Assembly: GCA_051530055.1 (NCBI GenBank)
Contig: CM121342.1
Location: forward strand, 15,577,480 to 15,641,479
Source of the DNA: Neoechinorhynchus agilis
Lineage: Eukaryota > Animalia > Acanthocephala
Reading direction: 5' to 3'
DNA: 64,000 nt
In this document: positions 50,660-63,314 of the stretch, in pieces
How positions within the stretch are numbered: the stretch's first letter is position 1
Layout of the letters: each line of letters begins with the position of its first letter
The notes under the pieces: generated by a model
Seen by the model: the letters and a program-made list of their open reading frames with translations, nothing else
What the model was told of the DNA's origin: nothing
The model's database searches: none
Translations under genes and position numbers: made by a program

Positions 50660-51480
50660 TAATACTCCGCTTAGTTTCGTCATACGAAGTTCTACAACAT
50701 CTCAAGAAATTACAGCGAAATTCGTACCCTCAATCCGAAATCCCAAGCTGGGCTCTTCGCTGCATAATCCCAAACTCAGAGACTCTCTTACCTTCATTAT
50801 AAATCACAGCTTTTTATATGGCATCATCCTCTCATGCCTTCCGAAATATGGACACCTGATTTCAACCTAATCATACCGTCCAATATCGATTCTAACCGCT
50901 CTTTCAAAAACTGTCGAAAAATGTTTTAAACCTCGCCTTCTTCCACTTCTAAACAACAAATTATCGCCCTACAATTCGGCTTCCGGCCTAAATTTTCTGC
51001 AATGGATGCTCTACCTCGCATTTACTGCAAGATAATGCGCAAGCACGTAAATAACCTCTCTAACGTCACCCGTCTCACTAAACTGGATTTGTGAAAAGCA
51101 TTCGACTACGTGGACCATTCACTCTTTCCTCGGGCTTGCTCCGATTTTGCTCTCAATTTATGGCAGATTCGCTGGCTTGCCTCTTATCTTCACGATCGAA
51201 AACAGTACATTCATTGCCGGGCAACCTCCTCACCTCAAGGTGCCGTTCTGCAACCACTTCTTTTTAATATTTTGGTAAACAAACTTAAACCTATCTTTCT
51301 CACTTTAAACTTTTCCTTTATGCAGATGATCTCACCCTCATCACCCTATCACCAACCCACCTCTCCCTCGCGTTAACATCTAACGAAATCATCCACCTTA
51401 AACATTTCTGTACCAATCACAAATTCTACCTGAACTTCTCTAAATGCTTCGGGATGATTCCCTCATTCTCCCGCAATCCC
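50660..51480 (+). mobile_element. L2/CR1-like LINE RT fragment, facing the next copy
   Basis: LQFGFRPKFSA, DL*KAFDYVDHS, QGAVLQPLLFNI. Confidence 0.8.
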
Positions 51481-51484
51481 ATTT

Positions 51485-54400
51485 AATAATAACACGTTTT
51501 ATTTGTTGATTCACAAAGAAGAGGACCAATGTACCTATGGGTCCTCATAAACACAGATATTTTGATGTTGTTTTTTGTATGTCCGTCCGGGCGGGAATGT
51601 TTGGTCTGGGGATGTCCGTTCTGGTGGGAATTTCCGGTCGGGGATGTACGCTCGGATGGGAATATCAGGATATTGTTTCAAGGAGCACTTGTAGGGTTGG
51701 TCTTTCCTCAGAATCATTTCAGGTTATGATATTCGAGAAGATTGGGTAGCATGGAGAAAGGAGCGTAGATATAGGGAGGTACCAAGTATAGGAGGGTGAA
51801 ACGAATTAAGATTACGAGAATTTTGCCCGTGTTAAAAGGGGACGATATGTGGTAGAAATTGTGGTGGTAGGGTTGAGATGCGTTTTGTTTGTTTTATGAA
51901 TATAGTATCAAGGCATTCGGTGAGAAAAGGAGAGTCAGTTGCGCAAATTTTAGATGCACTTTTATGAAGAATTTCAAGACGGCTGATTTGAGATTTGGAT
52001 AGGTTGCAAAATACGGAATAACCGTAGGTTAGGGAGGGTAAAATAAAGCAGAAGTAAAATTTATAGAGGTCGGGTGAAGGGATTCCTAAATGTTCGGAGG
52101 CGTTTGAAGGGAGAGAGTGATGTGCGAGTCCCACTTCAAATTTGATTGAAATTGGATACCCAGAATTCTCAGGGAGGTTACTCGTAGGATGTCATTTAGA
52201 AGCTCCGGATGTTGTGGGGTTGCGGGAGAAGGGATCATTTCGAAGCATTTAGAGAAATTGAGATGGAGTTTGTGATTGGTGCAGAAATCTTTTGTGTGTG
52301 TGATTTCTTTAGAGGTTAAAGAATGGGAGAGGTGGGATGGCGAATGGGTGATGATGGTGAGATCTACGGGGTATAAGAAAAGTTTAGAGAGGAGAAAGGT
52401 TTGAAGTGGTTTAGGAAAATATTAAAGAGAAGTGGTGATAGCACATCACCTTTAGGTACGCTTTTGGAGAGGGATAGGCTGATAGAAGAGGTAGAACTGC
52501 AGTGAATGTATTGTTTTGCGATTGTAAAGATAAGATTGGAGCCAGCGGATCTGCCACACCCGGAGAAGAAGTGAATGGTCCACTGAGTCAAAAGCTTTAG
52601 ATAAATCAACTTGCGAGAGACGGCTGACGTGGGAGGGATTATTGTCGAGGTTATGTAGAAGCGTGTCATAAATGCAAAGTAGGGCATCGGTTGCAGAAAA
52701 TTTGGGTCGGAAGCCAAATTGTAGGGGCAATAATTTTTTGCTTGGAAGTGGAAAAAGGGGAGATTTAAAACATTTTTCGATGATTTTTGAAAGAGCGGGT
52801 AAAATGCATATTGGACGGAATGATTCGGTGGAAATCGGATGTCCTTTTTTTTGGAAGATGGATAACTTTGACAGTTTTCAGGCAAGAGGGGTCGATGCCA
52901 TATAAAAAGCTAAGGTTTATAATGTGGGTAAGAGGGCCGAAACGTTTGGGGATGAGGCAGCGAAGAGCCCAGTTTTGGATTCCGGATTGAGAGGACGAAT
53001 TTTTAGGTAATTTCATGAGATACTTTAGTACTTCGTCTGACGAAACTAAGGAGAGTATCGGCGAGTTGACAAAATTTTCAGATGTGGGCGTGAAAGATTG
53101 CGTGGTGTCTGATATGGATCGGTTTTGGTAATTTTAGTCAGGACAGAGGTTCTGATTAATGGAATCTATTACCTGTTTTAATTCAGAAGAGGTCAAATTA
53201 GGGAAGGGATCCGGATAGCGTAGACCAAGAGAGTCCTTGACGGCCCGCCACCATGTTGAATTGTCACCTGAACGAATTTTGGAGGAAGGGACGTTTTTTA
53301 CGGGCGATAAGTATTTTGTTAGTTAGTGCTTTTTGTAAACGGGGAAAGTCTAAAGATTTATTGTGGTGGGCCTTAGAAGCTTGCCTTTGAAGACGTTTCA
53401 AGATGGGGGTTATCCATGGAGGATCGCGGTTGGAGATCCTAATGAATTTCTTGGAAATTGACGAAGTAAGGGAATTTTTTATGATTGAGGTGATGGAGGA
53501 CATGGCCAAGGAAGGGTCATTTGTGTTGTCAGAGTGGAATGTGCGAATATTTTCGGTTGGGATGAATGATTGGCGCCGGCGAAAAGGAGTTAACCGATAC
53601 GAAGAATTTGGTGGCGGTGGTGTGCATCAGCGGCGACAGGATCTGTAGCAGGGGCTTCTGGCATGTCAGAAATAAAAATTGTGCGATTTATATCCTTGAG
53701 GGAGGAGGTCATGATACGATGGGCCGGATTCAGAGCAACGAGGAATGATGGGGGGTGGAGAAGGCGTATCATTAGAGAAATGAATCGGATGGTTGACTGA
53801 TTTTGATGGTGTTGGTGTCAACTTTATAATCTTATAGTTATTTGTTCCTCCCTTTGCTCTTGTTCCTACTCGTTCAGAGGATTCTTCGGCCTTTTGTTGA
53901 ACTGTAGCTTTCTTAGTAGTTACTTCAGCTGAATTCCTTTCGCTTTTCCCATCGTTACCTTTTGTCCCAGTCACAATATCATACTCCACAGTAATTTTAG
54001 AGTCATTAAGTACTACAGGCTGAATATACTCTAAGGGTGGTACCAAGTTCCCTAGTAATTGTTGAAATATTTGCAGTCTTTTGTGCACCACTCGTTTCCA
54101 ACTAGTCTTCTTTTGAGTTTGGTATACTGATGACATCTACCAAGATAGTATTCCCTTTCCCTTTGAAACCTGTGTCTGCTTCCTTGAACCGTTAGCTTTT
54201 TTCCCTTTGTACTTTCTGACTTCGACCAACTGTTCACCGTTAAGAGCTTCAATTTCGCACTGAATAGCCTCCGCTTATATATCCTTAACTGCGCTCATCG
54301 CTTCAATAAATAAACCTCTTAGAGTTTCAGTAACTCGTTCAAAGCACTTCTTTAGTGCAACATCAATAAAAGTGGAATACTTGGCTGTTTCTCATTAACT

Positions 54401-54700
54401 GTTCATTGATTTGAGCAGAGAATAGATGTTGACGAGGGAGCGCTTTGATCTACGAGAGATTATCAACTTATTTGTGTTCAATGATAGCATATGAGCTGAC
54501 AGTCGAGCTGTACCATAAACTTGAGACAAAATCTATTGTTCTATCAAGGATCATTTGCTGAATTATAAAGAGTAGATCACTATTAATTGTTCTGGCAACT
54601 TTACTCTTAACCTCGCCGATATTGATTGATTTACTGTTCCTCCTCAGACATTGCTTGTAAGTTTTTTCAACGATGAATGCGTAAACAAGCAGATATTTAT
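51485..54700 (-). mobile_element. Near-full-length degenerate L2/CR1-like LINE (probable ORF1 53850-54700, ORF2 remnants, 3' UTR and (TTA)n tail)
   Basis: RDPPWITP, PLQFGFRPKFSATDALL, VDLSKAFDSVDH, PKGDVLSPLLFNI; the upstream stop-interrupted long frame is in the same orientation (ORF1 is an inference). Confidence 0.8.
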
Positions 54701-55729
54701 TGATATTACCAAAGCAGTTGCATTTAATTGTTCATAATTTATTTTTAGTTGCATATAAATGTCTAAATCGACGTTTTGCTTATCGGCATGCCAGGCAGAC
54801 AATACGAGATGTTACATACCAAAGACAAGTTTTTTATTATAATATTTTAAAACGAAAGTTTCTTTGTATTCTACGATGAACCCGAATTAATAATTATTAT
54901 TCACTTTCAAGCTATTGAAACCGGCAAGCCCAGAAAAGTGTAATAATTTAGAAAGATTAACTGCGATAGTAAGCATCAAATTTCTTTTAGGAATGAAGAG
55001 ATCGAACCCTTTAAAATTTTGTTTGTTATTTTATTAGAATTAAAAAACACTTAAGCCCAGGATGAAAAGGTTGTCGTATTTGCTCTTCATGGTTTCGATG
55101 TTTTCAATGGCCAAAGTTTTGCGTCGCCGTAAATCCACCTAAAAGAGGCTTTCATTGATCCAAAATTAAACGTACGTATAATAGAATCGTAATTGTTTCC
55201 TCGGTTAGCGATTATTTGCAACGATCTATGCGGTGGACCCTTTTCATGAATTTTATGCAGTCTCTTCAATAATGATATTTTCTACTAAAAAGGTTATTTA
55301 CGAATTTAGGGTACGCATGGGTATAATTCAGGCATAATTGCTCGGGAAAGGAAATCAAGTAATTGTTCGCGGATAAATGGATTTGCTGCTTATAAATTGT
55401 TATCGTACAATAAAACAATCTGAACTAAAAAGTGTTGAGAAACTGGTGCCGAGCATCCAAAGTTTAGCGTAGTGGCTGAACGAGTGATCGACAAGGCACA
55501 AGAAATTACTTCTTATCTATAGGGAATTTTTGAGTAAATGCAATAATATTTGAACACTACTCGACAATTGTCGCCCTTATTTGTATCAATCCACGAGTTT
55601 GAGACTCCGAAGACTCGTATTTTAACGATGAAATATAATACCAACATCCAAATTTTCCATAAAATCGGCTTAATAATCAATCCAATAACAAAATTAAAGA
55701 TTTAATCGATAAGAAAAGATCACACTGAA

Positions 55730-56010
55730 GTAATAATAACACGTTTATTTGTTTGTTAGATAACAAGAATTAGAACCATGTACCTTTGGGTCCTCACTGT
55801 AGCATTGTGTTTTATGAAGGTTAATCGTTCTTTGAGCGATAAGCAATATTGGTTTGAATCTGTGAAATGCATATTTGGTGAGGTCGCAGGATGTTCATTC
55901 GGTTGGGAACATCCTGTCAGGGATGTCTGTTCGGGTGTGGATTGGCGGATATTGTATGCATGAGGGTTTGATTGCAGGAGAGTTTATTGTTTTGCAGGAT
56001 GCTCGATTCT
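55730..56010 (-). mobile_element. L2-like LINE 3' tail fragment
   Basis: aataataacacgtttatttg...catgtacctttgggtcctca. Confidence 0.7.
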
Positions 56011-56397
56011 CCATTTGACGTAGAGCTGAACCCTTAAATGATCCTTTTACATTTGTTCAAATCGAAAAGTTTCAAATAAAGCAAAACAAAATTTAATGCC
56101 TTGTGATTAGACTTTATGGATTTTATATGCCTTCAAGCACGCAAAAAAGTCTCCACAAAAATCTGTCCACTTGTAACAAAATCTCTTTATGACAAAAAGA
56201 CAGCTTGTCAAGTATTTTTAAGCTAAAGAACCGTAGACCACAAGCGTCCATCAACGGTCTAGAGGTTTTATCATAGTGTGTTCCAAGCGTTTCACTCGTT
56301 TTAAAATGCACCACGATTTGACAGTTTTTGGGCATAGCTAACCGTTGGAAAAGTGTATAAATATTCACCGAGGCTTCACAGTAAGATCATTCTTACA

Positions 56398-58425
56398 ATG
56401 CTCTCGAAACTCTTCGTTCTTCTCTCGAGTTTGCTCGCATTTTCCCTTGCCCTGTCGGTGCCGAGCGGTGGTCCGAATGACGACCACAAGTGCGCGCTGA
56501 TCTCCGGATCCATGGGGTATGAAGCTTACGTTTATTGTGGTGCTGATATCGATGGACAGTCTCTCCTGGAAATTCTTGCAAATATGGAAATCAATCAAAC
56601 AGCGCTTAGTATCGAAGGAGCCTATTTAGATGCAATTCCAAGTGATCTGAACTTAATTATTCCACAAATTGATAGAATTTTCATTATGCCAAGGAAATAT
56701 TCTGATGAGCATACTACTCTCACAAAAACTACGTTGAATAAATTCCGACACCTAAAATATTTTCGAATTCAAGACTTCGGGATTAAAATAATTGAGGAAG
56801 GTGCATTTGAAGGATTCCAGAATCTCGTTGAGCTTAATTTGAAAATGAATAATATACATCAGTTAAGCTCAAAAATGGATCAGAATTTGCCGCGCTTGGA
56901 ATCTTTAATTCTCTCAAACAATAAACTAACAGACGACTCTGTAGAAATTATCAGTAAAATGAAGAGCTTGAAGACTCTGGACTTATCAAACAATTTGATT
57001 GAGAATGTCAAAATCAGTGGTGATTCTGCTTTAGCCGGACTAAAGGAAATAAACATGCATGGAAATCTATTAAAAAAAATTGAAATGACGCTTAACAATT
57101 TGCGATCTTTGGAAATAGACTATTCTGGCAACCTCGCAGACCTATTGAATTCGAATTTTATGTTTGGGCAATTAACAAAACTTGTTGTTCATGGAGGAAG
57201 TACGCGATCTATTGGTTCAAATTTATTGACTAAAATACCAAAGCTCAAACATTTCGGCGTTCCTGGTGCACAATTGACGGAAATTCCGCGTGGAAATGAT
57301 GTAACAAACGACGTCTTTGAAACGCTTATTCTTAAAGGAAGCCAAATAGAGACTCTGAAAGGTTACGATCTACATAACTACCACAATCTCAAGCGACTGG
57401 ATTTGTCACAGAATAAAATCAGTAAGATCGATGAACGCGCTTTTTTTGAGTTGCCGAATCTAAGGACTCTTGAACTAGACGGAAACCAACTTTTCGAGCT
57501 ACCGTTCAATCTGCTTGAAAATACCAAGAGTCTTAAGGTGCTCAGTTTGTCCAACAACCACCTGAAGAACTTCGATCCAAATCTACTACGTAATATTGAA
57601 TTTTTGAGCTTCTTGTCGATATCTGGAAATCAAATCAATGAGCTAGTTGCCAGAGAAGGTGATATGAAAAGAGTTGGTTATTTCAAAGTTGACAACAACG
57701 GCCTTTCAACAATCACTTTCGACAAAAATAATGCTCGTCGATCATTAATGTTCTTTGCTCAACGAGCCGGCTCTTTGCCAAAATCAATCGCAACAACCCT
57801 TGGTCTCGGTGTTGTAAGAACCGCAACTGAACCTTCATCAATATTGGACGTATCTTCAGTTGGAATGACCAGTTTAAAGGACATGCAAACATTTGTGACT
57901 TACAAAGGCGTCGAATCATTGGACGCAAGTCATAATATGATTTCAAAAATCGATGTCAATGACCTTAATGGAATGGAATATCTCATGTACATGAGCTTAG
58001 AGTTCAACAAAATCCAAAACATTGTTCCCAATGCTTTCAATCGGTTTTATAAACTTATGGCCTTAGACCTCAGTCATAATCAATTGCGTGACTTTGACAC
58101 TCCGGATACATTCAAGGGTCTTCGATCTCTATTGTTTCTTAATCTCGCCAGCAATGGTCTCGACGAAGTTCCTTCCAAGGCCATTTCCCAACTGCAAAGT
58201 CTCACTTGGCTTGACATCTCGAACAATCCGATCCATAAATTCTTCAACGCCCCATTTATGTCCATGAAATCTCTAGGAAGGGTTAACATCAATGAAACAG
58301 ATATATCGATTGTATTTGGATACTAATTAAACAATTGTGTATTTTTCATTGGGGAACAAAAAATTATTATTTTTGCGTCTCGGACCAACTTTAGAAAAGC
58401 TTACAATCGCAACGAGGATTTACTT
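56398..58425 (+). CDS. Secreted or cell-surface leucine-rich repeat protein (about 20 LRRs); 3' end unresolved
   Basis: Signal peptide MLSKLFVLLSSLLAFSLA, N-cap Cys pair, many LxxLxLxxNxI repeats; long first exon. Confidence 0.9.
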
Positions 58426-58529
58426 GTGAGTCTTTATAGCATTCAAAAAGTAAGAATAGAAATTATCTTGTAAATCGTCATGCGTTTCATGATCAATGTA
58501 GATAGTTATCTGTGATTTAATTGCTACGC

Positions 58530-59190
58530 TTTTAAATAACACGTTCTTCAACATTCGTCTATTCGGCAACGCCCAAAGAAGAGGTGCCATGCACTTTATG
58601 GATCTCATGAACACTCGAATTCTGATAGGTCAAATGAACGCGGCTGTTGATTTCTGAGTGGATTACGGGCAAGATCGAGTGGAAACGTTGGTAGTTCGTT
58701 CGGTTGGATTTTTCCTCAGTTTCATTTCGGGTCATGGTATCCGAGAAGGTTGGGCAGCATGGTTAAAAGAGCGGAGGTAGAGGCAGCACTTTGAGGTACG
58801 CCTTTGGAGAGGGATAGGCTGATCCAGAAGATAGATCGACGGTGAATGTATTGTTTGCGATTGTGAAGATAAGATTCGAGCCAGCGGATCTGCCACAAGT
58901 TGAGACCAAAATCGGAGCAGGCTCGGAGAAGGAGTGAGTGGTCCACTGAGTTGAAAGCTTTAGATAAATCCAGTTGAATGATGGGGGTGACGTGGGAGGG
59001 ATTATTGTCGAGGTTATGTAGGAGCGTGTCATAAATGCAAAGCAGAGCATCGGTTGCAGAAAATTTGGGCCAGAAGTCCAATTGTAGGGGCGATAGCCTT
59101 TCGTTGAGAAGTGAAAGAAGGCTAGACTTAAAACATTTTTCGAGGATTTTTGAAAGAGGGTAGAATGGATATTGTACTGAACAATTCAAT
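58530..59190 (-). mobile_element. Internally deleted L2-like LINE fragment downstream of, or within an intron of, the LRR gene
   Basis: PLQLDFWPKFSATDALL, LDLSKAFNSVDH, fused directly to the 3' tail. Confidence 0.85.
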
Positions 59191-59576
59191 GGAAATGGCA
59201 TGGCCACACGAAGGGGAATCACCACTCAGAGTACCACAGCGATACTTTCGACGCGAGTTAGATTTGTGGCCAAAGAACCGGTGGAACTATCTAACACCGA
59301 GACACTATTCATATTCCGGACGGTTGGAAGGGAATTGCGCTTCCGAAGACAATTCGACGAGAAGTTCTGGACATCAGCTTGACAATGCTCAAGAACTGTT
59401 CAAAAAGCGGGACACATTTTCCGCTTTGATGTTACTCCACGCGCCATTATAGATTTCTGAATTAGCTGCAAGACGACGAAAGCTCAAGAATAAGGATCTT
59501 TCTTTTCTATATCCTTAGTGTCGATTAAAAATAAAACGTGACTATTTTTTCTTTTCAAACAATTTCGCCAATCAGC

Positions 59577-60610
59577 TTAAAATTTCATTGTCTCACTTTC
59601 CAATATTTGTCCAATGCTTTTAATGTCACCAGGATGAATTGGTCTATAGGCATCTTCCTTTTGATCATAAAGTCTTGGTCTAAGATCAAAGTACACTTTC
59701 TCGCCACTTTTATCTGATCGGAATAACCGAAATTCAGAATCATCGGTGGTATCGATTGTTCCACGCGTTATTGCAGGAAGCGAAGTTATAGTGGCGAAAT
59801 TCTAGATGTTCATCTAAGACGCAGAAACCTCTATATTTGCAGTTAGTCGATATTTCTTGCAAAATTTTATGAATGAGGTTATCGAAGTTATTGTAATCGT
59901 GGCTACAACCTCGCTTCATGCCGGTAATGGATCATCATTGTATAGACCCGAGTTAACTGATTCCAGGATCGCTTCAATCTCCCTTCTGTCAGTAATCAAA
60001 TTTCCTTCACGAGGACGCTGGGTAGGAGAACTTTCACCATAATGCATTCTATCCGATGCTCCAATTGAGCGTCCAACTCCGGAATAACCGTTACTGGTCC
60101 CACCTGCTTCGGAAAATGTCACATCATTTTTATCATTAAACCTTTGTTGTCGATATTGGGATGATGCATCTTCTTGGTCACCACGCTCGAACATTCCTCT
60201 TTCTCCTCTCTTAAAACACAATTCTTCATTCCCTTAAACCTGTTGAAGAATGGAGTGTTAAAGTAGTTTGCCGATCGCTGGAAACGACCGTGCTGATAAT
60301 TAAAGGCACTAGGTTTAGATTGTTGATATGCTGAATCTTCAAAACGGCGAAATCTGTTTGTAAGAGGACGATTAGTAGGGAGAGGCCTTTCATAAATTGG
60401 AGCTGCTTTTGATGGAACATAGTTATGGGAATCTACGTATTTTCGATGTTCCGGAAATCTAAGCTTTAGTGCATCTTCGTAATTGTAGCTTTTGTTTCTG
60501 GCAGTTCCTAAATTGGAGTTTTTCTCAGGTATAGTGATTTGTTCTCCTTCGTCATAGTCGTATTTCTCCTCGTCCGGAGTAATAGCCTGTGAATATTCGC
60601 CATCATCCAT
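59577..60610 (-). CDS. Uncharacterised protein, paralog A
   Basis: MDDGEYSQ...NYEDALKLRFPEHRKY...; final exon KVYFDLRPRLYDQKEDAYRPI; paralog at 62039-62993. Confidence 0.65.
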
Positions 60611-62038
60611 TATTTTTCTTCTCTTTTCTAATCTCTTGCTTCTCTTTTTCAATAGCGCGAATCGTATCGCAAGTATTTAAATGGACATTTTTGGGAAAGA
60701 AACAATGCCGCAAACGCGACGATTGAATCACTTTAAAAGGAATGAGAAAAGGAAAAATCAGCGGTGTTCTTTAGCTGCGGAGAACCCGTGATGAATGTGA
60801 GCTACAGCTGAATCATTGGAAAAAAGTAAAAAGAGTAATTTGTACCAAAAAACATCTACTTTTGCTCAAATGACATTCACGTTGCTTCCATGCACGATGT
60901 TGCGCAAACTATTTTTAAACTTCAGTATTTTAGTGTTAACTAAAATTTACTAAGTCCTTCAGTCTTTTCGTTATGATGTAAATCAACATTTAGATAGAGT
61001 GTTAGTCGTTATCCGGCCGCTGATACTAAAAGGTGGCATGTATTGCCTAAGAGAAATATCGAATTATTTTTTATAGGGCTGCACGCTTACTCTGATCATT
61101 AATTGCGTTTTCGTCGTGTTTATTGCAGTTGGCCTTAAGATTTTTTTAGCCCCATCTCCTACGAGTTAACTTTTGTCGTTCTTAGACGATTGCAAAAATA
61201 GAGACCATATTTCTCCGTTCAATGTTCATACTGAATTTTCGACTTGTAAGCAATAGCTCGAAACCTTTCAGAAATCTCTTAAATAGGAGTTAGTATAGAA
61301 CTTTCAAAGCTCTGTGTGCTTACAATAGAAATGGAACCAAAGACAATACCCATTACAATCGCTCTTATGCAGTTCAAACTGTAGAGATTGCATTTAACCT
61401 CGTAAAGTGGAATACTGCTACACTCATCCTGAAGCTGGCTATTCCATTCTGCACAAAATGCTTAACTGGGAAAATATTTCGAGGATGAAATACATTACAG
61501 GCATGGTAAGTATAAAAATGGCGTTTCAGATTAATGACAAAAGAGAGCGTATTGTCGAATTGCGACCACAGAGATCTCTCATAATCGTCGGGGATCTGAA
61601 TATCGAGAAAGCGCTCCTGGTTAATACTCTAAACCATATTGCCCTATTGATGATGTTATTATGATTTCGGCTATTAATCTGAACTTGAGTTACCTTTTCG
61701 TGAAAAAGACGGGAATTATTATTAAATCTATCTGACTTACTGGAATTAAAGACCATATAAAAACACTGCAATCACAAACTGCGCGATTCTCCATATAAGC
61801 TTCAGAATTAATAGAGTTTTGCGTTGTTATTTTTAACAGCAATCGATTAGGTAGAAAAATATTTTTCATATTATAATTTCTCCTGGACATATTTTGCATG
61901 CATATTCATAAGATGGTTAAAAAATTATGAAGAAATCCGATATTGAAATAGTGCGTTCCACATTCATTTACAGATGAGTGCAGTTCATTTAGTAAACCGC
62001 AAATTCAACGTCTTCTTCGTTTATAATTATTTTTATGG

Positions 62039-62993
62039 TTACATATCAAGGCCAATATTTTTAGTTTCCGTTATCAAAAGTCTGTCGATTCCTTTGAAAT
62101 CGCAGGATGTAATTAGTCTGTAGACATCAAGCTCGCTGTCGTAAAGTTTTGGTCTTCCATTAAAATGAATATTTCCACCTTTTTCGTGAAATTGATGTAA
62201 TTTATGAGTTTCATAATTAGTCGAAGGAATAGCTGCACGATATTTTATTACTGAAATCGGGCATGGGATAGGTAGTGCAATCTCCTATTGATATCTTGTC
62301 GTACAGGGAAGTAAATATCTTCGAACAAATTCAGACTTAGACAAAAGGATTTCAGAATTTGACACCTTAGTGTTTAGATAATAATTTTAACCAAATCAGC
62401 ACGACCCGATTCCTGCATTCTAAAGGATCATCACTGTAAAATTTGGAATTGACAGCTTCCATAATCTTATCAATATCCCGTTTGCTCGTTATGAGACGAC
62501 TTTCTGGTTCTCTGCCGTGAAATCCATATCTATTATGCCGATTCCTTCGTTCGCGCTCAACGCGATAAGGTGCTTTTATTTTAGTAATCGTGCTTTCCTT
62601 GGGATCAAAATCGTTTTGATTATTAAAGCTCTGTCCTCTAGATCGGTTATGCGGATTAAACCTCTCGTCGTCATCACTAAATTCCTGGTATCCATTACGA
62701 AAAGGCGTCCGGTGGAAGCGATGTGCATTTGGTTTCGACGCTTGATATGCTGAATCTTCAAAACGGCGAAATCTGTTTGTAAGAGGACGATTAGTAGGCA
62801 GAGGCCTTTCATAAATTGGAGCTGCTTTTGATGGAACATAGTTATGGGAATCTACGTATTTTCGATGTTCCGGAAATCTAAGCTTTAGTGCATCTTCGTA
62901 ATTGTAACTTTTGTTTCTGGCAGTTCCGTCGTCATAGTCGTATTTCTCCTCATCCGGAGTAACAGCCTGTGAATATTCGCCATCATCCATCAT
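62039..62993 (-). CDS. Uncharacterised protein, paralog B
   Basis: Same N-terminus as A; final exon NIHFNGRPKLYDSELDVYRLI. Confidence 0.65.
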
Positions 62994-63314
62994 TTTTCTT
63001 CTCTTTTCTAATCTCTTGCTTCTCTTTTTCAACAGCGCGAATCGTATCGCAAGTATTTAGATGGACATTTTTGGGAAAGAAACAATGCCTCAAACGCGAC
63101 GATTGAATCACTTTAAAAGGAATGAGAAAAGGAAGAATCAGCGGTGTTCTTTAGCTGCGAAAAACCCGTGATGAATGTGAGCTACAGCTGAATCATTGGA
63201 AAAAAGTAAAAAGACTAATTTGTATCAAAAAACATCTATTTTTTCTCAAATGACATTAACGTTGCCTCCATGCACGATGTTGCGCAAACTATTTTAAATT
63301 CTAGTATTTTCTAT

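Noticed and set aside
53850-54700. Stop-codon reassignment suggested by a long frame interrupted by TAA and TAG
   Set aside because: Host genes end normally in TAA, TAG and TGA; decay of a LINE ORF explains it.
2553-58416. Ciliate-style IES (programmed DNA excision) as the explanation for the TIR-bounded inserts
   Set aside because: There is no shared boundary dinucleotide, and the asymmetry (arm at the 5' edge, AG tail at the 3' edge) follows transcription direction on both strands. Disfavoured but not formally excluded without somatic DNA reads.
59160-59382. LINE-derived acceptor creating the last exon of the LRR gene
   Set aside because: It is in phase with the predicted micro-exon, but the first codons are antisense LINE sequence and the peptide shows no LRR-CT or TM signature; unsupported without cDNA.
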